A stretch of DNA of 14,654 nucleotides from Spirochaetia bacterium (GCA_034520965.1 JAXHMY010000006.1:1-14654); one strand, 5' to 3'; shown: positions 1 through 8,317, numbered from the stretch's first letter. A program made the numbers and translations. Notes: a model not told the origin generated them from the letters alone.

Positions 1-212
1 AATGCTAAAGAATACTTAAAAATCGTTCTTTCCTGCATACATGCATAAGGGCCTGACAGGAAATTCGCATTACAGTCAAAACCTCGGAATCTCAAGCAGT
101 TGTTTGCCTACACCAATTTGGCTGGCGGCGGGTTTTATGTTCATCAACGCGCTATACAAATGAGCAATTGATAAGAGGTGACAATGCAGTACAATGAGGG
201 GCGTAAACTCTA

Positions 213-1619
213 ATGAAGAAGAATACTGAAAAACAAACAGTCCCGGTTCACACCAACGGCAGCCATGAAGCTCTTCCCCACAACGCGAAGGAAATTATCC
301 TTGATACCATTGCCTGCGGGGTGTTCACTGTGGACACCGATTGGAAAATAACCTCATTCAATAGTGCGGCGGAAAAGCTGACAGGGTTTTCTCGTCAAGA
401 AGCGATAGGCCGTTCTTGCCGGGAAATTCTGCGGGGAGACTTATGCCGGGGTAACTGTGTTTTGCGAGAGACCCTTGAAACCGGTCGGGCTGTTGTAGAC
501 AGACGATTGGAAATGGTGGATCGGTCGGGGAGAATTCGTCCGGTCAGCATTTCAACTGCGGTGTTTCGCGATCACGACGGCAAGGTCATCGGCGGATTAG
601 AAAGCTTCCGGGACCTCACCGAAATTGAAGAACTGCGTAAAGAAATACACAGGACCTACCAACTACATGACATCATAAGTCGAAGTCCCGCCATGGGACG
701 TATATTCGATATCATCCCGAAAATTGCCGGGACCTCGAGTACAGTGCTTATAGAAGGAGAAAGCGGAACGGGAAAAGAACTTGCCGCTCGGGCTATCCAC
801 AATTCAAGCAACCGGTCAAGCCGTCCCTTTATTCCGGTTAATTGCGCAGCCCTGCCGGATTCCTTGTTGGAGTCCGAACTATTTGGATATGAAAAAGGGG
901 CGTTTACCGATGCTCGTGCACGTAAAAAGGGAAAAATAGCGCTCGCGGAGGGAGGAACTCTTTTTTTAGATGAGATTGGTGATATATCCCCTGCGTTTCA
1001 GGCAAAGCTGCTGCGTTTCCTTCAAGATCATAAGTATGAGCCTCTAGGGGCCCAAGAATCCCTACAGTCCGATGTACGGGTGATCGCGGCGACGAACAAG
1101 GACCTAAAGGAGATGGTCGTATTGGGATCGTTTCGAGAAGATCTGTACTACAGAATAAATGTAGTGCGTATATATCTCCCGCCTTTGCGCTCGCGTGTAG
1201 AGGACATTCCGCTCTTAATAGATCATTTTATAACACGATTCAATGCAGTTCACGGGAAACAGATCAAGGGAATTTCAGGCGATGCGCTTAAGATCTGCAT
1301 GTCCCATTCCTACCCTGGAAACATACGTGAGCTGGAAAATGCCGTTGAATACGCTTTTGTCATTTGTGATGAAGACCAAATTGAACCACGACATCTTCCC
1401 GAACATTTTATCCACAATACTGTGTTTCAGTCTGAAAACACAGTGTCACAAGATGATCCTTCTCTTGAAATGGAACGGGTAGAGGCAACGCTTATCAGCA
1501 GGCTTCTCGCAGAGAATAATTATGATTGCAGAAAGACCGCGGAAAGTATGGGCATCCATAGGACAACCCTCTATCGGAAGATCAAAAGGATGGGAATTCC
1601 CCTCAAGGGCGGGAAGTGA
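213..1619 (+). CDS. Sigma54-dependent enhancer-binding transcriptional activator (PAS + AAA+ + Fis HTH), OrpR-like
   Basis: Intact 468 aa ORF. N-terminal PAS (GVFTVD...ITSFNSAAEKLTGFSRQEAIG) with C69-x8-C78-x3-C82. Walker A GESGTGKE, ESELFG..GAFTDA loop, Walker B LFLDEIGD, FREDLYYR, PGNIRELEN and C-terminal HTH (TAESMGIHRTTLYRKIK). Confidence 0.96.
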   Translation: MKKNTEKQTVPVHTNGSHEALPHNAKEIILDTIACGVFTVDTDWKITSFNSAAEKLTGFSRQEAIGRSCREILRGDLCRGNCVLRETLETGRAVVDRRLEMVDRSGRIRPVSISTAVFRDHDGKVIGGLESFRDLTEIEELRKEIHRTYQLHDIISRSPAMGRIFDIIPKIAGTSSTVLIEGESGTGKELAARAIHNSSNRSSRPFIPVNCAALPDSLLESELFGYEKGAFTDARARKKGKIALAEGGTLFLDEIGDISPAFQAKLLRFLQDHKYEPLGAQESLQSDVRVIAATNKDLKEMVVLGSFREDLYYRINVVRIYLPPLRSRVEDIPLLIDHFITRFNAVHGKQIKGISGDALKICMSHSYPGNIRELENAVEYAFVICDEDQIEPRHLPEHFIHNTVFQSENTVSQDDPSLEMERVEATLISRLLAENNYDCRKTAESMGIHRTTLYRKIKRMGIPLKGGK

Positions 1620-1626
1620 CTTTTCA

Positions 1627-1673
1627 GTCGCATAATTGCGACAATTAAATAAAAATAATAGCAGAAATGCAAC
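1627..1673. promoter_or_regulatory. Two putative upstream activator sites (GTnGCA-N4-TGCnAC)
   Basis: Perfect inverted repeat GTCGCA-TAAT-TGCGAC at 1627-1642 and a degenerate copy ATAGCA-GAAA-TGCAAC at 1658-1673. They start 31 bp apart (about 3 helical turns) and lie about 170-215 bp upstream of the sigma54 promoter. Confidence 0.7.
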
Positions 1674-1840
1674 AAATTATACCTTTGCGAACCAGGCAAG
1701 CTCTTTCTGAAAAATGATCTACCACTTAAAACAAGAAATATCCGTGTATGCATGCTTTCTCCATAAGACACCATCTTATAAAGAAATAATAGCTATCCTA
1801 TTATACTGTTTCTCTAAATTAGTAAAAACTGAGAGCATGC

Positions 1841-1857
1841 TTGGCATACATATTGCA
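1841..1857 (+). promoter_or_regulatory. Sigma54 (-24/-12) promoter
   Basis: TTGGCATACATATTGCA: GG (1843-1844)-N10-GC (1855-1856), matching the TGGCA..TTGC consensus. It sits downstream of a sigma54 activator gene and about 50 bp before the USP start. Confidence 0.9.
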
Positions 1858-1905
1858 TATACATTCAAGCTTAGATATCACACGAAATACTTTGGAGGTA
1901 TATGC

Positions 1906-2775
1906 ATGTTCAGAAAAATGCTCATTGCGACGGACCTTACTGAATCGTCCGAATTTATCATACACGCTCTACAGAGCTTGCATAGATGGGGCACTCGCGA
2001 GGCCCTGATTGTACACTGTTTTGATTTTCATGACACCGGGTCTGTGACAAACAGGACACTGGAGCTCGTTGAGCCTTTTATGAAACGACAGGTCGAACAA
2101 TTAAAGAATTTTGGATTTACCGCGGAATCAAAACTCATACTCGGTAAACCGCATATTGAAGTTACCCGCGAAGCGGAAGAAAATGACTGTTCACTTATTG
2201 CCTGCGCCGATAAAAGTCGTTCTCTGATGGGTGAAGCTTTGTCCGGAGGGGTTGCGGCAGAGCTTATACATTTTGCTACCAAACCTGTTCTGCTGATCCG
2301 ACTACGGGAAAAGCCGGAGTTCTCAACTACCAACAGAAATTATGAATGTGAATGCCTGAAACATATTCTTTTCCCAACTGATTTTTCTGATAATGCGGAA
2401 CATGCTTTTAGTTATCTAAAGAAATTGGCCGAATGCAAGGCTGATCACATAAGTCTTCTCCATGTACAAGATAAGGCCAAATTGCATCCTCATTTATCAG
2501 ACCGTATAGAAGAGTTCAATGAGATTGATGCCGAACGCCTTGAACGGATGAAGAAAGTGCTTCTCGCAGCCGGAGCGGGTACAGTGTCCATTGATGTGGT
2601 GTACGGATCACCAAAGAGTGAGATTTTAAAAAAGATTAAAGAGGATGATGTACGCCTTACTGTAATGGGGAGTCAGGGCAGGGGATATGTTGGGGACATA
2701 TTCCTCGGCAGTGTCAGCCATGCCGTTGCACGTAAAGCTGAGAGTTCCCTGCTTCTCGTCCCGGCAATTTCGTAA
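1906..2775 (+). CDS. Universal stress protein, tandem USP domains (289 aa)
   Basis: GGAGG Shine-Dalgarno at 1894-1898 before ATG 1906. MFRKMLIATDLTESS and KHILFPTDFSDNAEHA open the two USP domains. GSQGRG...FLGSVSHAV ATP-binding-type motif in domain 2. The ORF-track start at 1714 runs through the promoter. Confidence 0.93.
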   Translation: MFRKMLIATDLTESSEFIIHALQSLHRWGTREALIVHCFDFHDTGSVTNRTLELVEPFMKRQVEQLKNFGFTAESKLILGKPHIEVTREAEENDCSLIACADKSRSLMGEALSGGVAAELIHFATKPVLLIRLREKPEFSTTNRNYECECLKHILFPTDFSDNAEHAFSYLKKLAECKADHISLLHVQDKAKLHPHLSDRIEEFNEIDAERLERMKKVLLAAGAGTVSIDVVYGSPKSEILKKIKEDDVRLTVMGSQGRGYVGDIFLGSVSHAVARKAESSLLLVPAIS

Positions 2776-2814
2776 GAATACGCAATAAATTATTTTTTTT
2801 AGGAGGACAACTAC

Positions 2815-3863
2815 ATGAGTACTGAAATACAAAGGCCGGCTGCGCCGTTCAAACTACGGGCGCTTCTCTATTGGCTGCCATTTGCCTTTGGTGTGTTGAC
2901 TATTATATACCCGCGGTTTACCGGACAGCCTTTGGTCCCTGTATATGACTACGGGGTTCTGGAAAATTATTCATTCTGGCAAGTACCATTTGTGTATGTG
3001 GCAAGTTATGTAACCCGTGCCTGGGGAGCTCTACTCTTCGCCTTTACCCTCGGTGGAATCTGTATCGCATTTTTGCCGAGAGAGAAAATGAAAAAGTATA
3101 TGTCCAGTGGAAATGCTGCGGCGTATGTACTGGCCGCCGCACTGGCCCCCGTCCTTACGGTGTGCTCCTGTGCCATGATCCCGATTTTTGGGGGTCTTCT
3201 GGTAACCGGAGTGGGCATAGGACCCGCCATTACGTTTCTGCTTATGGCTCCGGCGGCAAATATTTTGGCTCTCATTTTTACCTGGGAACTGTTGTCGGTA
3301 AAAATCATGATCGCCCGGTTAATATTCTCGTTTTTGGGGCTATTCTTATAGGCTGGATTATATCCAGGACAGCGGTCGGAAAAAAAATTGAAGACGAATA
3401 CGCAGACATAGAGCCAATGACAGCCGAGGACGGCCATATTTTTAGTTTTACGGAAAAATCCAGAATTGCCCTCAGAGAAGCGTGGGGGCTGGCAAAAAAA
3501 GTGCTTCTCTATCTTATCATCGGCGTATTTGCAATAAGTTTCATAGAAGCCTACCTTCCTCCAACTATAGTTGCGAAATATCTTACGGGTGTGAAGGGCG
3601 TTCTTTTAGGGGCAGTAGTGGGAGTACCAACGTATACACCGACTTTGGTTGAGATATTTCTCATAAAAGCGATGCTCAACCTTGGAATGGCGCCCGCCGC
3701 GGCTCTCGCTTTCCTGATAGGCGCACCCATGGCATCTATCCCATCCATGATGGGGGTATCTCAAGTTGTCGGCTGGAATGTGGTACTTCGTTACGCGACT
3801 CTGGCTGTGATTGTGGCGGCTCTGGCCGGATTATTCTATCTGGCGTTTATTGTAACATTATAA
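2815..3863 (+). CDS. DUF318/ArsP-family permease (one frameshift at about 3331-3335)
   Basis: AGGAGG RBS. First frame has LTVCSCAMIPIF..GPAITFLLMAPAAN, second frame has GVPTYTPTLVEI..GMAPAAALAFLIGAP. Adding one T to the T5 run at 3331-3335 joins them (..FSFFGAILIGW..). Confidence 0.9.
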
Positions 3864-3881
3864 TTTTTAAAGGAGGATTAT

Positions 3882-4115
3882 ATGAAGATTGAAGTTTACG
3901 GCGGCGGATGCGTCAAATGCAAAACCACTGCGGAAAACGCGCGTAAAGCCGTGCAGGATCTTGCCGTGGACGCGGAAGTTGTACCGGTCTTTGACAAGAA
4001 AGCGGTGATTAAAAAAGGGCTTTCGGATGTGCCGGCACTGCTGATTGACGGCAAACTGAAGGTAGCGGGACGTATCGCCGAAGTCGATGAAATTAAAGGG
4101 TACTTGAAGGCATAG
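3882..4115 (+). CDS. Small redox-active disulfide protein (thioredoxin-like, MTH895/TIGR00412 type)
   Basis: AAGGAGG RBS, 77 aa, MKIEVYGGGCVKC and VPALLIDGKLKVAGRI. Confidence 0.93.
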   Translation: MKIEVYGGGCVKCKTTAENARKAVQDLAVDAEVVPVFDKKAVIKKGLSDVPALLIDGKLKVAGRIAEVDEIKGYLKA

Positions 4116-4143
4116 CTTAAGCGGATATTTCTCTAACACTCCG

Positions 4144-4180
4144 ACACGGCGCACATATTGTCTTGTGCGTCGTGTGTTAT
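4144..4180 (+). terminator. Stem-loop, probable terminator of the USP-permease-thioredoxin operon
   Basis: ACACGGCGCACA (4144-4155) pairs with TGTGCGTCGTGT (4164-4175) with one G-U. The U-tail is weak (GTTATT). Confidence 0.5.
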
Positions 4181-4226
4181 TACCGTTTCAAATTACAAAA
4201 GGTCTGTTCTATGATTTATGCGTACA

Positions 4227-4261
4227 TTGATAAGAGCGGTCTTTTTGGTGATATTGCCAAA
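4227..4261 (+). promoter_or_regulatory. Sigma70-type promoter with palindromic operator over the -10 (copy 1)
   Basis: TTGATA (4227-4232)-17 bp-GATATT (4250-4255). Operator TTTGGTGATATTGCCAAA at 4244-4261. Confidence 0.72.
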
Positions 4262-4315
4262 TATCTAATTGTAGGATAAAAATGAAGTATGTATTGCTCA
4301 GTTACTAAATCTCAA

Positions 4316-4653
4316 ATGCTGAACGAAATGCCGAATAAAGACTGTATTTGCGAGCTGGCCGGATTGTTGAAAACCCTTGGTCACCCATCCCGCCTTATGA
4401 TAGTAGAGGCTCTTGGAAAAAATCTTATTGTGTATGCGATCTCACGGCAATGATCGGCGCTGATATTTCCACTGTCTCTAAGCACCTCTCTCTCCTCAAG
4501 GCTGCCGGTATTGTACGCCGCGAGAAACAGGGTACCCATGTCTATTATTCCCTTACCTGCCCCTGCGTTATCGACGCGGTAGCACAGTTGAAACCGCTTA
4601 TTAAAGAGAAGTTGCAGCATTACAGTCATATGATTGAAGTTTCGAATCCCTGA
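4316..4653 (+). CDS. ArsR/SmtB-family metalloregulator 1 (frameshift at A6 run 4417-4422)
   Basis: Reconstructed as MLNEMPNKDCICELAGLLKTLGHPSRLMIVEALGK/KSYCVCDLTAMIGADISTVSKHLSLLKAAGIVRREKQGTHVYYSLTCPCV. The start is uncertain (4282, 4316 or 4328). Confidence 0.9.
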
Positions 4654-4664
4654 ACAGGTAATCA

Positions 4665-5204
4665 CTACTTTGTAAGTTTCTCTACCTTCCTGACTATATC
4701 CAGCCGGTCGGAATCATTAAGGGAGAGGCCCAGGAGCCAGGATATGACAATTATTCCGGGAATATCCACGAGTAGTCGAGTCAATGCGAAGCGCGGACCA
4801 AGGGCTTCGTATTCAAACAGCAGCATCGGTATCTCGGTAGTCGACCAGGCTCCGATGAAGATAAACACGTTCCGGAAACTCGCCCCTCTTTTCAAAAAGA
4901 CCGCCGCCACGGGAAAGGCCCCATAGAGGGGGCCGGCTGCGGCGGAACCGATAAGCACCGCCAGGAGAACTCCTTTCACCCCTGATCCGTGGCCCATGAA
5001 CCGCACCATAGTGTGCCGGGGAACCCAGATATCCAGCAGCCCCAGTAGAACAAATATCGGGGGAATAACGAGCAGGACTTCCCTCAGGCTGTAAGCCGTA
5101 ATGGAAAATGATTTTAGCGCGAGTCCTGTGTTTACCAGTGCAAGAACTACAAGCATGAGCAGGGTTATGAGAAAAAATCTATATCGAATAAAAAGCTTTT
5201 TCAT
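4665..5204 (-). CDS. Half-size DUF318-type permease, subunit B
   Basis: Hydrophobic 179 aa protein (MKKLFIRYRFF..., GSAAAGPLYGAFPVAAVFLKRGA, GAWSTTEIPMLLFE). ATGA overlap with the upstream gene at 5201-5204 fixes the start. Confidence 0.85.
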   Translation of the reverse strand: MKKLFIRYRFFLITLLMLVVLALVNTGLALKSFSITAYSLREVLLVIPPIFVLLGLLDIWVPRHTMVRFMGHGSGVKGVLLAVLIGSAAAGPLYGAFPVAAVFLKRGASFRNVFIFIGAWSTTEIPMLLFEYEALGPRFALTRLLVDIPGIIVISWLLGLSLNDSDRLDIVRKVEKLTK

Positions 5205-5680
5205 ACGGTGTGTACCCATCCTATAATAACCGCAACCAGGAAAGAAAAGAGAAACGCGAGTAGGTTCCTTATAACTGCTGTCTTGACGCCGAAATACTCA
5301 ATCTCCACGGGAAAAGTAATGACTCCCACCATCATGAGCGTTGAAACGAAGGCGGCGATTTGCATATAACCGGCCCCGTTCTGCAACAGTATGGAAGCGG
5401 TGGGAAAGGCGACAAAACCCGGAATAAGGGTCACCGAACCGACAACGGCAGCTCCGATAGTACCCAGCCATCCGGATTCCACCCCCAGAATTCGGGAGAT
5501 TGTTTCCGCGTTCATTATGGAAAGTACTATTCCGGTAAGTACAAGCACCCCCAGAAACTGGGGCATAATATTCTCGAATGCTTTCCACGCCTTTTTTATC
5601 GCCTTTACTGTTTTCTGTTTGTCCTTATAAAGTGAAACCGCAAGCAGAATTACTGTGGCAGTATATAGAATTATTGTCAT
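5201..5680 (-). CDS. Half-size DUF318-type permease, subunit A
   Basis: 159 aa hydrophobic protein with GSVTLIPGFVAFPTASILLQNGAG and VSTLMMVGVITFPVEIEYFG. TAAGG RBS, translationally coupled to subunit B. Confidence 0.85.
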   Translation of the reverse strand: MTIILYTATVILLAVSLYKDKQKTVKAIKKAWKAFENIMPQFLGVLVLTGIVLSIMNAETISRILGVESGWLGTIGAAVVGSVTLIPGFVAFPTASILLQNGAGYMQIAAFVSTLMMVGVITFPVEIEYFGVKTAVIRNLLAFLFSFLVAVIIGWVHTV

Positions 5681-5713
5681 TTTTTAGGCCTTACTGAGGA
5701 TCTTCTTCTGATG

Positions 5714-6122
5714 TTATCTATGCCATTCACCCTTCAGTTCCATAGTTTCCCGCAGGGTCGACAGGACGGTGCTGTTTCTCCGGGCGACTTTGAATATGGA
5801 ATCTATTCTTCTGTCCGTATCCGGTGAGTCGATAGTCAGCTCATAATGGATGGAAATGATTTTCGGCGGGGAGTCCTGCCGGACCCCCGTTACCTTTACT
5901 TTTAGACCATCTATCTGTACCCCGCTGTTCGAAGCTACTAAACCCATGGAACTCGTGATGCATCCCCCCGCCGCGGCGAGGAGGGTTTCCGCCGGGTTAG
6001 AACGCGGCGGAAGGGTCTCCACTCTTTGCACCGAGTTCGAGGGAAAAAGAGCGAACCGAAGCGGTGGTGGTAGTACCATTTTCATTTCTCTTCAAATCTA
6101 CATGGTATTCTTGGGTAGCCAT
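5714..6122 (-). CDS. OsmC/Ohr-superfamily protein (frameshift near 6000)
   Basis: ATG at 6122 after AGGTG gives MATQEYHVDLKRNENGTTTTASVRSFSLELGAKSGDPSA, then a one-base shift into NPAETLLAAAGGCITSS..KVTGVRQDSPPKIISIHYELTI..NSTVLSTL. The NP-E-LL-A---C motif is typical of the OsmC family. Confidence 0.82.
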
Positions 6123-6146
6123 TTTGTGCACCTATCTATTTCAAAA

Positions 6147-7382
6147 TTATAAGACAATGTTTCCGTAGAGCATTCCCACTATGGTGGAAAAGACAACTAC
6201 CAGGCCTGCGTAAGTAAGGGTCTTCTTCGCCCCAGCTCGCTGCCGATTACCAGCAGGTTGGGCAGGCTCAAAGATGGGCCGGCCAGAAGCAGTGCCAGTG
6301 AGGGGCCGTTGCCCATACCGGCGCCAAGTAATCCCTGCATAATAGGTACTTCGGTCAGGGTGGCAAAGTACATCAAGGCGCCCACTACCGCGGCGGCCAG
6401 GTTTGCACCAAGAGAGTTTCCGCCTACAAAGGCGGCAATCCACGACTCGGGAATAATGGCCATATGGCCGGGCCGTCCAAGCAGGAAGCCCGCCACCAGC
6501 ACACCGCCAAAGAGCAGCGGCAGAATCTGCACGGCAAAATCGCGGGTCGCCACGACCCAGTCGCCCAGTTCGGTGCGGTTGAAACCAGCGGATTAGCATG
6601 TAAATGAGTGCCGCCGGCAAAAGTGCGGTGATGATATACTTGCTGCGGTAAATAAAGTCCCACACCGCCAGAGAACCGCCGGCGGGCGCCCAGTTGATAA
6701 ATACCAGAATACCGATCATCGAAAGCATATACAGGCCATTCTGTCCTAAAGAACGTCCGCCCTCTTCCTCATCGTCATAGGAGAACATTGCCCCGTTGGT
6801 TACCCGGGCTGCATCCTCCTTGCGGTAAATCAGGTGCATGCTGAGTCCGATAAGAACCGAAAACAGTATCGCTCCGACCGCCCTGGCAATACCCAGCTGC
6901 AGGCCGAGCACTTTCGCGGTAAGCACAATTGCCAGAATATTGATGGCCGGCCCGGAGTAGAGGAAGGCCACTGCCGGTCCGATGCCCGCGCCCTTACGGT
7001 AAATACCCTTGAACAAGGGCAGGACTGTACAGGAACAGACCGCCAGAATAGTGCCGGAGACCGAAGCCACACCGTAAGCCAGGGGCTTGGGGGCGTCCGG
7101 GCCCAGATAGCGCATAACCGCCTGCTGGTTCAGAAATACCATCACCGCACCGGCAATAAAGAAGGCCGGCACCAGACAGAGCAGCACGTGCTCGCGGGCA
7201 TATTCGCCCAGCATTAAAAAGGATTCCTGCAAGGCGGCAGAAACCCGTTCATTCCCGAAAGGCATGAAGTAGGCGGCCAGGAATATACCGGTCAGCAGTG
7301 TCAGCACACGGTTCTTTTTTTCTCCCCAGAACCGTTTAAGAACAGAAGGAGAAGTCTTTTGCTCTTTCACTGTAGTGCTCAT
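6147..7382 (-). CDS. DUF318/ArsP-family permease (two compensating frameshifts at about 6583 and 6230)
   Basis: EHVLLCLVPAFFIAGA, ILAVCSCTVLPLF, FLYSGPAINILA. The middle frame carries GALMYFATLTEVPIMQGL..LLLAGPSLSLPN, and the reading returns to the first frame for KKTLTYAGLVVVFSTIVGMLYG. Confidence 0.92.
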   Translation of the reverse strand: MSTTVKEQKTSPSVLKRFWGEKKNRVLTLLTGIFLAAYFMPFGNERVSAALQESFLMLGEYAREHVLLCLVPAFFIAGAVMVFLNQQAVMRYLGPDAPKPLAYGVASVSGTILAVCSCTVLPLFKGIYRKGAGIGPAVAFLYSGPAINILAIVLTAKVLGLQLGIARAVGAILFSVLIGLSMHLIYRKEDAARVTNGAMFSYDDEEEGGRSLGQNGLYMLSMIGILVFINWAPAGGSLAVWDFIYRSKYIITALLPAALIYMLIRWFQPHRTGRLGRGDPRFCRADSAAALWRCAGGGLPAWTARPYGHYSRVVDCRLCRRKLSWCKPGRRGSGRLDVLCHPDRSTYYAGITWRRYGQRPLTGTASGRPIFEPAQPAGNRQRAGAKKTLTYAGLVVVFSTIVGMLYGNIVL

Positions 7383-7383
7383 T

Positions 7384-7769
7384 TTACACCGTCTCCTTTA
7401 AGCCGAGCAGTTTACTGGCCATCCGACGCTGTACATCTCTCACCAGCTCATCGTCTATCTTAGTTTTTCCCTTTTCAACTCCGAAATCGGTGGTTTTCAG
7501 GTGGGTGAAGGGAATTCCTTTGCTTTCAAAAATCCGTTTGCCGCAGGCAATCGGACATCCGTCGATTACAATATTCTCATCGGCGGCCTTCGCTGATTCC
7601 ACAAAGCCGGAATGGTCGGCGCCCATGGCCGCCAGACAGGTCATCTTTCCCATTCCAATTTGCATTAAACCGCGGCAACCCGATCGGCCAAAAATCCGGT
7701 ATTCGCAACCCCGGAACAGGCATATATCAGTTTTACAGGGGCATCACTCATACAATCACAACTCATCAT
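7384..7769 (-). CDS. DGC-domain putative zinc-binding protein (frameshift near 7673)
   Basis: AAGGAGA RBS. MMSCDCMSDAPVKLIYACSGVANTGFLADRVA/RGLMQIGMGKMTCLAAMGA..IVIDGCPIACGK contains the ACSG, CL and IDGCxxxC motifs of the DGC family. Confidence 0.88.
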
Positions 7770-7798
7770 TATCTCCTTAAGTTAAAGTTTATTTCTAA

Positions 7799-7833
7799 TT
7801 TGGTAATATAACCAAATGACCAAAGTTCGTCAA
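7799..7833 (-). promoter_or_regulatory. Sigma70-type promoter of the DGC-permease-OsmC operon with operator over the -10 (copy 2)
   Basis: Minus strand TTGACG (7833-7828)-17 bp-TATATT (7810-7805). Operator TTTGGTTATATTACCAAA at 7816-7799. Confidence 0.8.
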
Positions 7834-7839
7834 GAGCTA

Positions 7840-7869
7840 TTGACCCAGAAACTCATATACCAACATAAT
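7840..7869 (+). promoter_or_regulatory. Divergent sigma70-type promoter for ArsR 2
   Basis: TTGACC (7840-7845)-18 bp-CATAAT (7864-7869), back-to-back with the leftward promoter and 8 nt before ATG 7878. Confidence 0.5.
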
Positions 7870-7877
7870 AGAGACTG

Positions 7878-8198
7878 ATGACTGAACAAGAACGAATACG
7901 CTGTGAAGCTCGAGCAGCTATCTTCAAGGCCCTGGGCCATCCGAGCCGGCTTGTACATTTGCGAACGCCTGCAGGAAGCGCCTCACTGTGTCTGCGAACT
8001 CACCGAGCTGGTGGGGGCGGACACCTCGACTATATCAAAGCACCTGACCATATTACGCAAATGTCGGCCTGGTGCGCAGCGAAAAAAGCGGTACCACCGT
8101 ATACTACAGCCTCGCCTGCAGTTGTCTAGAAGCAGTTTCTCCAGGGGGCGGAAGCCCTCCTGAAAATGAAGGCCGAAAGCGACTCCGCCGCCCTGTAA
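7878..8198 (+). CDS. ArsR/SmtB-family metalloregulator 2 (about three single-base insertions)
   Basis: Reconstructed as MTEQERIRCEARAAIFKALGHPSRL/YICERLQEAPHCVCELTELVGADTSTISKHLTILR/NVGLVRSEKSGTTVYYSLACSCLE/QFLQGAEALLKMKAESDSAAL*. Clear paralog of ArsR 1. Confidence 0.9.
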
Positions 8199-8258
8199 GA
8201 AGAAAACCACTTTTTCTTTTGTCATTACAGCTGGACTATGTCGACCACGGACGCCTTG

Positions 8259-8293
8259 TTGACACTCAACTGTAGTATGGTTATATTGCCAAT
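8259..8293 (+). promoter_or_regulatory. Sigma70-type promoter of thioredoxin 2 with operator over the -10 (copy 3)
   Basis: TTGACA (8259-8264)-17 bp-TATATT (8282-8287). Operator TATGGTTATATTGCCAAT at 8276-8293. Confidence 0.8.
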
Positions 8294-8317
8294 AAGTCAA
8301 TATAATAGGAGGAAACA

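Noticed and set aside
1714..1905. 64-aa N-terminal extension of the USP in the ORF track
   Set aside because: It overlaps the sigma54 promoter. The RBS and the USP domain begin at ATG 1906.
3331..4422. Programmed frameshifting or phase variation at T5 (3331-3335) and A6 (4417-4422)
   Set aside because: The runs are short and similar single-base slips occur throughout the window, so sequencing error is the simpler explanation.
8197..8220. Terminator after arsR2 (AAGAAGAAAA-CCAC-TTTTTCTTTT)
   Set aside because: The stem is almost all A-U and imperfect, too weak to call.
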